DNA of 64,000 nucleotides from an uncultured Gemmatimonadales bacterium (GTDB taxonomy: Bacteria > Gemmatimonadota > Gemmatimonadetes > Gemmatimonadales > GWC2-71-9), in NCBI GenBank assembly GCA_963828735.1, contig CAWHFW010000001.1, forward strand, positions 96,001-160,000. Reading direction: 5' to 3'. Below, one piece after another: positions 31,753 to 41,729 of this stretch (the first letter of the stretch is position 1; every line of letters starts with the position of its first letter). The notes beneath the pieces were generated by a model. That model was not told where the DNA came from, ran no database searches, and saw nothing but the letters and a program-made list of their open reading frames with translations. Both the position numbers and the translations under genes were made by a program.

Positions 31753-32747
31753 CGCCACTGCTCCGCCTTGAGTTCGCGTTCCATGAGCTCGGGGACGGCA
31801 TCGCGCGCCGACTTCCCGTCGAACAGCACTTCGCAGACCTTCTGGATGATCGGCAGCTCCACGCCGTGTCGCGCGCCGAGCGCGGCGCCGGCGAGCGACG
31901 TGTTGGCGCCTTCCGCCACCGTCCGGTGCGTCGCGCGGTACCGCTCGAGCGTCTCGCCCTGCGCCAGCGCTACGCCGAGGGCCCGATTCCGGCTCAGGCT
32001 GCCGGTGGTCGTGAGCACCAGGTCCCCCATGCCGGCGAGGCCGGCGAACGTCAGCGGCTCCGCGCCCATCGCCAAGCCGAGCCGCGTGATCTCCGCCAGC
32101 CCGCGCGTAATCAAGGCCGCGCGCGGATTGTGGCCGAGGCCGAGCCCTTCCAGGATGCCGGCGGCGATCGCGATCACGTTCTTGAGCGCGCCCGCGAGCT
32201 CCACGCCGACGACGTCTCGGCCCGAGTACACCCGGAATGCCGGCGTCGCGAAGAGCCGCTGCACGTCGAGCGCTGCCTCCGCGTCGCTGGCCGCCGCCAC
32301 GACCGCCGTCGGCTGTCCCTGCGCCACCTCGATCGCGAAGCTCGGACCAGAGAGCGCGGCGAAGCGGGCCTGGGGAAGGCACCCCGCGAACACCTCCGAC
32401 ATGAGCGCGAGCGTGTTGGCCTCGATGCCCTTAGTCGCGCTCACCACCAGCGTGCCGGACGCGACCGCGCCTTCGAGCCTCGTCACCACCGTCCGCACCA
32501 CGTGGCTCGGCGGCGCGGACACGATCACCGAGGCCCCGAGGACCGCCTCGGCCGCGTCGTGATACGCCCGGAGCGAGGCGCAGAGAGGCACGCCCGCCAG
32601 GAACAGCGGGTTCTCGTGCGCGCCATTGACTGCCTCGACCACCTCGGCTTCGTACGCCCAGAGCCGGACCGTCTCGCCTTTCGCCGCCAGCAGGTTGGCG
32701 AGGGTCGTGCCCCAGCTGCCCGCGCCGAGAACGGCGATCACCGTCAC
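31749..32747 (-). CDS. gpsA: NAD(P)H-dependent glycerol-3-phosphate dehydrogenase
   Basis: GAGSWGT, ATKGIE, SGPSFA, GALKNVIA, GMGDL, SRN. Confidence 0.97.
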   Translation of the reverse strand: MTVIAVLGAGSWGTTLANLLAAKGETVRLWAYEAEVVEAVNGAHENPLFLAGVPLCASLRAYHDAAEAVLGASVIVSAPPSHVVRTVVTRLEGAVASGTLVVSATKGIEANTLALMSEVFAGCLPQARFAALSGPSFAIEVAQGQPTAVVAAASDAEAALDVQRLFATPAFRVYSGRDVVGVELAGALKNVIAIAAGILEGLGLGHNPRAALITRGLAEITRLGLAMGAEPLTFAGLAGMGDLVLTTTGSLSRNRALGVALAQGETLERYRATHRTVAEGANTSLAGAALGARHGVELPIIQKVCEVLFDGKSARDAVPELMERELKAEQWR

Positions 32748-33364
32748 GGACGAGGCGCCGTGACTGCCCGTCGGCCGAACCGGTTCTCGGTGCCCTTGAG
32801 CAGCCGCTGAATGTTGGCCCGGTGGAACCACACGATGGCCGCGGCGACGGCGATGTCGAGCCACAGCATCTCGGGCTGCGCGGGCGGCTCGAGCACGAAC
32901 ACCGCGATGGGGAACACGGCGGCGGCGGCGATGCTGCCCACCGAGACGTAGCCGGTCAGGAAGACGAGCGCGACCCAGACCGCCGCCGCCACGCCCAGGG
33001 CGATTGGGGTGAGTCCGAGCATGACGCCGGCGGCGGTCGCCACACCCTTCCCGCCCTTGAATCCCACGAAGACGGAGAACACGTGGCCGAGCACGGCCGT
33101 GAGCCCGCATACGAGCGCGAACACCTCGGAGGGCGAGACTCGCGGCGCGAAGACGAGCACCGGCACGAGCCCCTTCGCGGCGTCCAACAGGCCGACCGGA
33201 ATGGCGTAGCGCCAGCCCAGGACGCGGTAGAGATTGGTCGCGCCGAGATTCCGGCTGCCGTGCTCACGGAGATCGATGCCACGGAAGAGCCGTGCCGCCA
33301 GGTAGCTCGTCGGAATCGCGCCGAGCAGGTACGAGGCGAACAGCCACGGCACCGCCCGCATCAT
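32744..33364 (-). CDS. plsY: Glycerol-3-phosphate acyltransferase
   Basis: YLLGAIP, GSRNLGATN, FKGGKGVAT, HRANIQRL. Confidence 0.96.
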   Translation of the reverse strand: MMRAVPWLFASYLLGAIPTSYLAARLFRGIDLREHGSRNLGATNLYRVLGWRYAIPVGLLDAAKGLVPVLVFAPRVSPSEVFALVCGLTAVLGHVFSVFVGFKGGKGVATAAGVMLGLTPIALGVAAAVWVALVFLTGYVSVGSIAAAAVFPIAVFVLEPPAQPEMLWLDIAVAAAIVWFHRANIQRLLKGTENRFGRRAVTAPRP

Positions 33365-34683
33365 CGCTTCGATCCGCGCGCCGTGAACCGGAGGCGAAGA
33401 GGCGACCCGGCGAACGGCCACGCCTCGCGGAAGCCGTGCACCAGGTAGCGTTGATAGGCGTCCGGCACGTCGTCGGGCCGATTGCTCACGATCGCGAAGG
33501 TCGGCGGCGCCACGGCGATCTGAGACGCGTAGAGCAGCTTGACCTCCTCGCCCGGTTTCTGCGGCGGCGCGTTGCGCTCGAGCAGCGCGGTGAGCACCCG
33601 GTTGACCTCGGCGGTCGGGACGCGGCGCTCGCGTTCCTCGGCCACCTCGAGAATCAGGTCAAGAATCCGCCGTACCCGTTGGCCGGTGACCGCGCTGGCA
33701 TACACGAACGGGACATACCGAAGAAACGGCGCCTTCTCGATCAGCGCCTCCTGCCCGCGCCGCGCGGTGTTCGTGTCCTTCTCCTCGACCAGGTCCCACT
33801 TGTTCACCACGACGATCAGGGCGCAGCCGTGCTCCCACGCCTGCGTCGCGATGCGGAGATCCTGATTGTGCAAGCCGAGCGTCGCGTCCACCACCAGGAC
33901 GCAGACCTTGGCGCGCTCGATGGCACGCTCGGTCCGGAGGGTGGCGTAGAACTCGAGATCATCCTCTACTTTAGCACGACGCCGTAAGCCTGCGGTATCG
34001 ATGAAGTTGAGGGCGCGACCATTGTACCGCAAGAGGGAGTCGATCGCGTCGCGCGTCGTGCCCGCGTCGGGCGCAACCACGTGCCGCTCCTCGCCCAGGA
34101 GTCGGTTCACGAGCGAGGACTTCCCCGCGTTGGGACGCCCCACCACGGCCACGGCGACGGTCGATTCCGCTTCGGCGGGATCGTAGGGCGGCAGGCGCTC
34201 GACCACCGCATCCAGCAGGTCGCCGCTCCCCTTCCCCACCGACGCGCTCACCCCGAGCGGGTCGCCGAAGCCCAGGCGGTAGAAGTCGTACTGGGCGGTG
34301 CTGCGCTCGAGGTCGTCGAGCTTGTTGACGGCTAGCACCACGGGCCGCTGGGCCTTTCGCAGCAGGTCCGCGATGGCCGCGTCGACCGGGTTGAGACCCT
34401 CGCGGCCGTCCACGACGAAGAGCACCACGTCCGACTCCTCGAGCGCGAACTCCACCTGCTGGCGGATGGCGCGGTCCATCGACTCTTCGGATTCGGGCAC
34501 GAGGCCGCCCGTGTCCACCACCCAGAAGTGGCGCCCCTGCCATTCGGCGTCGCCGAAGTGGCGATCGCGCGTGGTGCCGGGGCGATCGGACACGATGGCC
34601 GGCCGGCCGCCGACGACGCGATTGAACAGGGTGGACTTGCCGACGTTCGGTCGGCCGACGATGGCGACGGTCGGCTTGCTCAC
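33361..34683 (-). CDS. der: Ribosome biogenesis GTPase Der (EngA)
   Basis: Two G domains (GRPNVGKS, GRPNAGKS), DTGG/DTAG, NKLD/NKWD. Confidence 0.98.
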   Translation of the reverse strand: MSKPTVAIVGRPNVGKSTLFNRVVGGRPAIVSDRPGTTRDRHFGDAEWQGRHFWVVDTGGLVPESEESMDRAIRQQVEFALEESDVVLFVVDGREGLNPVDAAIADLLRKAQRPVVLAVNKLDDLERSTAQYDFYRLGFGDPLGVSASVGKGSGDLLDAVVERLPPYDPAEAESTVAVAVVGRPNAGKSSLVNRLLGEERHVVAPDAGTTRDAIDSLLRYNGRALNFIDTAGLRRRAKVEDDLEFYATLRTERAIERAKVCVLVVDATLGLHNQDLRIATQAWEHGCALIVVVNKWDLVEEKDTNTARRGQEALIEKAPFLRYVPFVYASAVTGQRVRRILDLILEVAEERERRVPTAEVNRVLTALLERNAPPQKPGEEVKLLYASQIAVAPPTFAIVSNRPDDVPDAYQRYLVHGFREAWPFAGSPLRLRFTARGSKR

Positions 34684-35957
34684 GCGGCCACCGGCTCGTG
34701 CAGCGCGTCGACGAAGTCCTTGGAGAGTCGGAGCTCCATGGGCACCGCTGCCGCGAGGAGCTCGAGACGCATGCTGTCCATGAACAGCCCATCGTCGTTG
34801 ACGCATTCCCCCGGGAGCAACGCCAGGTCGAGATCGCGCCGACTGCCGAGCGCGCTCTGGAGGGCCGTCCCCGGCAGCAGCCCCGCCGTGGTGACCGACG
34901 GGCCGAACAGCGTGTTCACCACCGGGAGCAGCTCGAACTGCGCGCCGGTCGCCCGGGCCAGCGGCTCGAGCACCATGGGCATGAGCGCCCCCATCGCCGT
35001 GCCCGTCACCACGCCGATGCGCCGGCCACGCCAACCCTGCAGCCCGTCCACGCCGGCGGCGATCCGCTGCTGCAGCCAGCGCACGCTGCCGACGCCGTTC
35101 TCGACCTGATCGAAACCGTCGTAGATCTCCGCGGGCGGCAGCTCGACCCCCGCTCGGAGATACAGCTCGTCCGCCCCGAACGCCCAGTGCGCGCCGCGCT
35201 CCCGGAGCGCGACCGCGGCGCGCGTCTCGACCAGCCGGACGGCCGCCTGGCACTCCTCGGCGGTGGGCTCGCGCACGAGGTGATGCTTACTGTACTCCGT
35301 CAGCCCGACCGGGACGACCGAGCACCCGAGGATCTCAGGCCCGAATTCGTACAGCTCGCGCAGGGTCTGCTCGAGCACCACCCCGTCGTTCACCCCGGGC
35401 GACATCACGACCTGCGTGTGGAACTGGATGCCGTGGTCGGCAAAGTGCCGCAGCTGGGGGAGAATCTCCGGGGCCGTGGGATTCCGGAGCAGGTAGCGCC
35501 GGACGGTGGGATCGGTGGCGTGCACCGAGACGTAGAGCGGCGAGAGCCGGTACTCGATGATGCGTTCGACGTCCCGCGGCTTGAGGTTCGTCAGCGTGGC
35601 GAAATTGCCATACCGGAACGAGAGGCGGTAGTCGTCGTCCCGGATGTACAACACGTCACGCAGGCCATCGGGGAGCCCGTCCACGAAACAGAAGTCGCAA
35701 CGGTTGGCGCACCGGCGGATCCGCGCGGCCTCGAGCGACACGCCGATCGGCTCCCCGAGTGGGCGTTCGATCTCGAACTCGATCTCCTCGCCGCCCGGCT
35801 GGCGGACATGGAGGAGAAACTCCTCCTCGGCGGTGAGGAACTCCCAGTCGAGAAAGTCCTCGAGCACCCGCCCATCGACATGCAGCAGCTCGGTGCCCGC
35901 CACGAGTCCAAGCTCCTCGGCGATCGACTCCGACTGTACCGCGGTTACCCGAATCAT
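34680..35957 (-). CDS. PDZ + radical-SAM-like Fe-S protein (DUF512 family)
   Basis: N-terminal PDZ-like region, CANRCDFC (CxxxCxxC), DDDYRLSF.YGNF.TLTN, ENGVG. Confidence 0.88.
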   Translation of the reverse strand: MIRVTAVQSESIAEELGLVAGTELLHVDGRVLEDFLDWEFLTAEEEFLLHVRQPGGEEIEFEIERPLGEPIGVSLEAARIRRCANRCDFCFVDGLPDGLRDVLYIRDDDYRLSFRYGNFATLTNLKPRDVERIIEYRLSPLYVSVHATDPTVRRYLLRNPTAPEILPQLRHFADHGIQFHTQVVMSPGVNDGVVLEQTLRELYEFGPEILGCSVVPVGLTEYSKHHLVREPTAEECQAAVRLVETRAAVALRERGAHWAFGADELYLRAGVELPPAEIYDGFDQVENGVGSVRWLQQRIAAGVDGLQGWRGRRIGVVTGTAMGALMPMVLEPLARATGAQFELLPVVNTLFGPSVTTAGLLPGTALQSALGSRRDLDLALLPGECVNDDGLFMDSMRLELLAAAVPMELRLSKDFVDALHEPVAA

Positions 35958-36076
35958 CCGTGTGCACCTTCCCGAGTCCGTCCGACCTTCACGAGCCCGG
36001 TAAGATCGCCACAACCACCGGTAAATTCAAGAGGCGGAACCACTTCGCTGTACGCATCGAAGTGACTTCTGAAGCG

Positions 36077-38170
36077 TCAGGCGAGCAGCCGCAACAGCGC
36101 CTCCCCGTAGGCCTCGAGCTTGGCGGGACCGATCCCACGCACCTGGCGGAGGGCCTCGCGGTCGCGAGGCTGGGCGGCGGCCAGCGCTTCGAGCGTGCTG
36201 TCATGGAAGATCACGTACGGCGGCATGCCCTTCCGCTTGGCCTCGTCCAGGCGCCATCCCTTGAGCCGCGCCAGCACCTCGGCGTCCGCCTCGGCGCCAG
36301 GCACGGGTAGGGAGGTCGTTCCGTCATCCGCCCGCCGGCGCCGGGCTCGCGCCGCGCCCTTCCCTGCCGCGCGGGTGGGCAGCGCCAGCTCGGGTCGGTG
36401 CTCGCCCTTCGCGACCCGGCGGCCCTCGTCGGTCAGGGCCAGCACGAATGCGCCCGGCCGCCCGCCTTCGATGCCGTGGCGCTCGATGAGCCCGGCATCC
36501 GCCAGCGCGTTCAACAGCGACTTCACGTCGTCCACGGGCGTCCCGGCCAGCTTGCCGTAGGTCGGCACGCGATCGAGGCCGCGGTCGAGCACCTCGCGCA
36601 CCGTGCTCCCGGTCAGCACCTGGGCGATCCGCTCGACGCCGAACCGCCCCGAGAGCCGCCCGACGCCGGAGAGCGCAATGCGCACGCGGAGGAGCTCGTC
36701 GTCACCGAGCACGCGGCCGCTCGTGCGACCCCACCCGAGGCACACGTCGCAGGTACCGCACCGCGGCGCCGCGCCCCCGCGCGCGCCGCCGGCGAAATAG
36801 TCGAACACGAACCGCGTGCGACAACCGCGCGAGAACGCGTAGCGGACCATGGTGTCCAGCCGCTCGCGGTCGCGCTGCGCCTTGTGCCGCCGCGCGGCTT
36901 CATCGAGCGGCATCGGTCCCTGACCCGGCGAGATCCCGCCGCTTTCGGCGGTGCGGCGAAGCAGGCGCACCGCGGTCGCGGCGCTCATCGAGCCGGCCGC
37001 GTCGTGCCCCAGGCGGTCGGTGATCTCCTCGTCGCTTCGGCCCTCGCCCAGGAGCCGCCATACGTCGCGCAATACGTTCGCCGCAGGGTTGGACCCGGCC
37101 AGGAAGAATTCCTGCGTCCGGACGTCGGCCGGCGAGAAGAGCAGCGTGCACCGCGCCGGCAGGCCATCGCGCCCGGCTCGGCCCGCTTCCTGGTAGTAGG
37201 CCTCGACACTGCCCGGGATCTCGACGTGTGCCACGAACCGCAGATCGGCCTTGTCGATGCCCATGCCGAACGCGTTGGTCGCCACGATCACGTCGAGCCG
37301 CCCCGCGAGGAATCGATCCTGGACGTCCGCGCGCGCCTCGTCGGAAAGCCCGGCGTGATATCGCCCGGTCCGGAGGCCAAGTCCCGTGAGATGGTCCGCC
37401 CAGAGCTCGACGTTCTTCCGGGTGGCGGCGTAGACGATGCCGGGTGGGCCCATGTCGCCGACGAGGCGCGAGAGGGCGGCCGCCTTCTCTTCACGTCCTC
37501 GGCACGTCTCGACGGCCAGCGTGAGGTTCGCGCGCTCGAAGCCCGTGATCAAGTCGAGCGGGTTGACGAGCCCGAGCTGTGCGGCAATGTCTGCCCGCAC
37601 GTCCGGCGTCGCTGTCGCGGTGAAGGCTGCTGCGGGCACGCCGAGCGACGCGCGGACGCCGGCCAGCCGGCGGTAGTCCGGGCGGAAATCATGCCCCCAT
37701 TGGCTGATGCAGTGCGCCTCGTCCACGACCAGCCGTGCCGGGTTGAGCCGCCGGAGCGATTCGCGAAACGCTCCGCTGCCGAGTCGTTCCGGCGCGATAT
37801 ACAGAAGCCGGAGGCGTCCCGAGGTCATCGCGCTCTCGACGGCCGCACGCTCGCCGGAAGGCAGCCCCGAATGCAATGCCGCCGCCTCGATGCCACGCGC
37901 GCGAAGCTTGTCTACCTGATCCTTCATGAGCGCGATGAGCGGTGAGACCACGACGGTGGGACCGGGCAGGAGCAGCGCCGGCAGCTGGAAGCAGAGCGAT
38001 TTGCCCGCACCGGTGGGCATGACGGCCACCAGGTCGCGCCCTTCGAGCAGCGCGAGGGCGGCCTCGCGCTGCCCTGGACGAAATTGCTGTAGGCCGAATC
38101 GCTCGTGCAGCGCGCGCTCGAGCGCCTGCGCGGGGGCGGCGAGATTACTGCTGGGAGGGCCGGTGATCAC
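36077..38170 (-). CDS. recQ: RecQ-family helicase (helicase core, Zn/RQC, HRDC)
   Basis: PTGAGKS, DEAHCISQWGHDFRP, ATNAFGMGID, QEAGRAGRDG, CGTCDVC, PPYVIFHD. Confidence 0.93.
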   Translation of the reverse strand: MITGPPSSNLAAPAQALERALHERFGLQQFRPGQREAALALLEGRDLVAVMPTGAGKSLCFQLPALLLPGPTVVVSPLIALMKDQVDKLRARGIEAAALHSGLPSGERAAVESAMTSGRLRLLYIAPERLGSGAFRESLRRLNPARLVVDEAHCISQWGHDFRPDYRRLAGVRASLGVPAAAFTATATPDVRADIAAQLGLVNPLDLITGFERANLTLAVETCRGREEKAAALSRLVGDMGPPGIVYAATRKNVELWADHLTGLGLRTGRYHAGLSDEARADVQDRFLAGRLDVIVATNAFGMGIDKADLRFVAHVEIPGSVEAYYQEAGRAGRDGLPARCTLLFSPADVRTQEFFLAGSNPAANVLRDVWRLLGEGRSDEEITDRLGHDAAGSMSAATAVRLLRRTAESGGISPGQGPMPLDEAARRHKAQRDRERLDTMVRYAFSRGCRTRFVFDYFAGGARGGAAPRCGTCDVCLGWGRTSGRVLGDDELLRVRIALSGVGRLSGRFGVERIAQVLTGSTVREVLDRGLDRVPTYGKLAGTPVDDVKSLLNALADAGLIERHGIEGGRPGAFVLALTDEGRRVAKGEHRPELALPTRAAGKGAARARRRRADDGTTSLPVPGAEADAEVLARLKGWRLDEAKRKGMPPYVIFHDSTLEALAAAQPRDREALRQVRGIGPAKLEAYGEALLRLLA

Positions 38171-38246
38171 GCGGGAAATCTAGCGGGTGCGACGGGGCGC
38201 GCTGCAAGCACGAAATCGTGCCTGCTGGCGCGCCGCACCGCGGGCC

Positions 38247-40127
38247 TTATTGAACCTTGATGACCTTCCCCACGGAGGGAACGCCATTCCGGTTGAGAAC
38301 GAAGACGAGGTAGTGTCCGGGCGGCGCCAGCTTGCCGTTCGCGGGAGCGGTAACCAGCACGGACGAGGTGCTCTTCGTGAACGTCAGCTTGTTCGCGCGC
38401 TGGTTCGCGTCGAATGCGTGCGTGACGGAACCGAGCCGGATCCAGCGCACCTCGGTGATCTGCATCGCATTGGGCGTGGTGACCGTGAACTTCTGCCCAT
38501 AGCCGATCGTAGCCTGCGCCAGGCTCGTGATCGTGGGCCGGGCCCCCTTGAACAGGTAGGGCGGGCGGAAGATCTCGTGGTTGGTCTGCCTCGGGTACAG
38601 CTCCGCGCTGCCGGGCACCGACGCGTCGCCGCTCGCGCCGTGCAGCACCGTGCCATCCGGCAAAAGCAGCGAGACCGAGTGGTACGCGCGATCGATCGTG
38701 TTGCTCGCGAGCTGCGTCCAATGGCCGGTCTTGGGGTCCCACACCTCGGCCGCGTGGACGGCGCCCGAAACCGTGTTGAACCCTCCCGCACTGGTCCCAC
38801 CGGTGACCAGCACCTGTCCGTCGGGGAGGATGGTCGCATTGAGATGCCGGCGCGCGAAGTGCATCGGGTCAGTACTGGTCCAGTGCGGAGTGCGGACGTT
38901 CACGTTCAGGTCGATCGTCTCGGCCGTCTCGGTCGGGCTGCCGTACTTGGGATCCGGAGTGTTCCAACCGGTGAAGCCGCCGCCGCCGACGTACAGGATC
39001 TTCCCGGTATCATACATCGCGGCCGATCCATAGTCGCGGTTGAAGGGCCAGACGTGCGTCATCGTGGAGGGCGCGTTCCAGCTCCCCCGCCCTTTGGCCG
39101 TGACCACGTCGACATTGAGCCATCGCGACGCGACGCGCTCTCCGGCATAGAACAGCTTGCCATTTGGCGCGACGAAATCTCGTGGGTAGTACGGAAGACT
39201 CAGCGATGCGCCGGGGAGCTGCACCCACTGGTTGTTCTCCCAAATCTCCGGCGCGAGCACGACCTTCGAGGCGCTGTCGCGGCCGGCGACGGTGATCATC
39301 CGCCCATCGGCCAGCTCGGTCACCGTGGGATACCAGCGGCCCTTGGCCATCTTGGGCAGGCCAGTCGCCCAGGTCTGGCTGGCCGGATCGAAGATGTTGG
39401 TGACGTCGAGTCCCCTGTCGTCGCCCTTGTGCCCGCCGGTCACCATGAGGCGGCCATCGGCCATGAGGGCATGACCCGAGCAGAACAGCATCGTGTCGGC
39501 GGCGACCATCAGCGCGCCGCTCGGCGGGCCGCTCGCAGGATCCCACAGCCGGGGCATCGCCATGGTGCCGTCCATCTCGTACTTGCCCCACGCGAGCACC
39601 TTGCCGGTCGGGAGCAGGTGGATGTGGAGCGGTACGATATCCCAATTCACGGGGGCATCCCACTTGCCGGTGCTGGCCTCCGGGGGGAGCGCCGTGATCG
39701 TGATGGTCCTGGACGTCTTGGAGATCGTGCCGACCGTGAAGCGGAGTGACTTGGCTCCGGTCCCCGCGATGCCGAGATCCACGAACGCCGCCGTGCCGTT
39801 GGCGCGGGTTGTCGCGGTGAGGGTGCCCTGAAGCGTGCCGGTGACCGTCGCGAGGCTGGCGGTGACCACGACACCCGGTGTCGGAACGCCGCCGGCGTCC
39901 TTGACCAGGACGATCGGCTGGGTCGTCGGCGCCCACACCTCCGTGTCCAGGGCGCTCAGCGGAGGTGACCTGTTGATCGCGACGGTCGCGGGCGTACCGG
40001 TCGTGGCCAGCGAGGGCCGCGACTCGTCCGGCGTCGGGCGCGTCATCTCGTCGCCGTTGCAGGTCAGAGACGCGGCCGCAAGGGCGATGGCAGGAGCGAG
40101 GCGAGCGAGACGTCGCGAAACGGACAT
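38247..40127 (-). CDS. Secreted or lipid-anchored copper-radical oxidase (galactose oxidase/GlxA-like; kelch + C-terminal DUF1929)
   Basis: Cofactor/ligand motifs FCSGH, RWYPT, RAYHS, VTH; C-terminal APPGHYLVF. Confidence 0.88.
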   Translation of the reverse strand: MSVSRRLARLAPAIALAAASLTCNGDEMTRPTPDESRPSLATTGTPATVAINRSPPLSALDTEVWAPTTQPIVLVKDAGGVPTPGVVVTASLATVTGTLQGTLTATTRANGTAAFVDLGIAGTGAKSLRFTVGTISKTSRTITITALPPEASTGKWDAPVNWDIVPLHIHLLPTGKVLAWGKYEMDGTMAMPRLWDPASGPPSGALMVAADTMLFCSGHALMADGRLMVTGGHKGDDRGLDVTNIFDPASQTWATGLPKMAKGRWYPTVTELADGRMITVAGRDSASKVVLAPEIWENNQWVQLPGASLSLPYYPRDFVAPNGKLFYAGERVASRWLNVDVVTAKGRGSWNAPSTMTHVWPFNRDYGSAAMYDTGKILYVGGGGFTGWNTPDPKYGSPTETAETIDLNVNVRTPHWTSTDPMHFARRHLNATILPDGQVLVTGGTSAGGFNTVSGAVHAAEVWDPKTGHWTQLASNTIDRAYHSVSLLLPDGTVLHGASGDASVPGSAELYPRQTNHEIFRPPYLFKGARPTITSLAQATIGYGQKFTVTTPNAMQITEVRWIRLGSVTHAFDANQRANKLTFTKSTSSVLVTAPANGKLAPPGHYLVFVLNRNGVPSVGKVIKVQ

Positions 40128-40164
40128 CGGCACCTGTGGTGGAAGAGGAGAATACGCCCTGACG

Positions 40165-40180
40165 TGCAGGATCCGAGCCA
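40165..40180 (-). promoter_or_regulatory. Candidate sigma-54 (-24/-12) promoter for the copper-radical oxidase
   Basis: Minus strand TGGCTCGGATCCTGCA (GG-N10-GC), about 37 nt upstream of the ATG. Confidence 0.5.
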
Positions 40181-40467
40181 CGGCGAGGCGGTTGTCGTAT
40201 GGCCTAAGTCGCTGTGGCGGATGCAGTTCTGCGCGAGGTCGTGGGGGTGTGTGGCGGCCCGCCCACATGGGACCCGCCGACTTGATGCCCTGGCCCGGCC
40301 GCGATGGCTACGCGCCAGGGCGCAACCCCCTGGAGTCGATGAAGCGAAAAACCCCGATGAGTTGGAGGGACGGCGGCCGCGGACGGCCAGGAGCTAGCGG
40401 CGCGGGCGAACGCGGGCGGGCGCTAGAGGCGGAATGCGAATCAGCAAGAACTTCTGGGCGATCCACG

Positions 40468-41658
40468 TCAGGATAGGTGGACCGCTATCTCGTCGAAGGC
40501 CGCGATGGTCGAGAACAGCTTGGGGGGGTCCTGCGGCAGCGGCCAACTCGACAGCTTGGCCGCGACGAGGCTTGCCGCCCGGTTGACATAGATCATCTGG
40601 CCGTGAATCCCCAAACACAGCAACACATTGTTGCCCGAGTACGGGAACCAGCACTGATTGCGGTACATGCCCCCGGGCATGTGGGTGTCGTCGGGGCTGG
40701 CGGCGAACGCCGCGCGCGAGTCGGTGGCGCCCGAGAACGTGTCGGCGATCCAGGATGGCGGTACCACGCTTTCGCCGGTCAACGATGTTCCGCCATTGAC
40801 GAACAGCGACCCGAAACGGACGAGGTCGCGCAGGCACGTGTTGATGCCGCCGTCGAACATGCCGGTGCCAACGGAGTCGACGCCGATCGTCGCGTGGCTC
40901 TCCGCGCCAAGCTTGCTCCACAACAGTTGCGACATCAGCTCGGGCATCCGCACCCCGCTGGCCGCCTCGCAGACCCAGCCGAGTACGTCCGTCTCACACG
41001 ACCGGTACTCGAAGGGTCCGCCGTGCGGTGACTTTTGATGCAGGGTGAGCAGGAAGTCGTACATGGTGGTCGGCAGGTCCGGCACCGTGCGCGGCGCCCA
41101 CCCGATGGCCTGCTCGAGCAGGCGAACCTGCGCCATCGGGTTCAGGTAGTCCTCGGAAAACAAAATGCCCGATCGCATGTCGAGCAGGTGGCGCACCGTG
41201 GCGCCGGCGTACCCGGAGTTGACCAGAGCGGGCACGAAGCTCGTCACCTCCGCCTCCACGTCCAGCACGCCGTCACTGAAAAGAGCGCCGGCCACCATGC
41301 CGATCAGCGACTTGCTCACCGACATCAGCAGGTGTTGGGTGTCCTTGCCCATGCCGCCGTAATAGTGCTCCGCGAGCACCTTGCCGTGCTGGGTGACGAT
41401 CCAGCCGTTGGTCACGGTGGCGGCCATCACATCGCCGACCGTGGTGCCCTTGCGGGTCGTCTTGTCGTAGATCGAAACGTCGGAGAGCTCGGCCGGTGCG
41501 GACCGCAGATCGGCCAATGGCCCGCTGCCACGCGAAATCGTCGCCGTCGGCATGAAGTCGGCAATGTGCTGGAACGCCCATTGCAGATGCGCGGCCGACT
41601 GCCAGTTCTCCAGCGTTACGCCGGATGGAACGCGTCCGGGGTTGCTGCCGAGCACCAT
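40468..41658 (-). CDS. Beta-lactamase-fold serine hydrolase, NylB (6-aminohexanoate-dimer hydrolase)-like
   Basis: TLENWQ, HLLMSVSKS (SxxK), HLLDMRSG, FEYRSCETDVLGW, GIHGQ. Confidence 0.88.
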   Translation of the reverse strand: MVLGSNPGRVPSGVTLENWQSAAHLQWAFQHIADFMPTATISRGSGPLADLRSAPAELSDVSIYDKTTRKGTTVGDVMAATVTNGWIVTQHGKVLAEHYYGGMGKDTQHLLMSVSKSLIGMVAGALFSDGVLDVEAEVTSFVPALVNSGYAGATVRHLLDMRSGILFSEDYLNPMAQVRLLEQAIGWAPRTVPDLPTTMYDFLLTLHQKSPHGGPFEYRSCETDVLGWVCEAASGVRMPELMSQLLWSKLGAESHATIGVDSVGTGMFDGGINTCLRDLVRFGSLFVNGGTSLTGESVVPPSWIADTFSGATDSRAAFAASPDDTHMPGGMYRNQCWFPYSGNNVLLCLGIHGQMIYVNRAASLVAAKLSSWPLPQDPPKLFSTIAAFDEIAVHLS

Positions 41659-41729
41659 AAATGTTCAGGCCTCCTGAAGCCTTGCTCTCCGAGTTCGTAC
41701 GGGTGATTACCCGACGACCTAACTTAGCC

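Noticed and set aside
40200..40460. Riboswitch upstream of the oxidase
   Set aside because: Hairpins present but no aptamer consensus I could recognise; an Infernal/Rfam scan is needed
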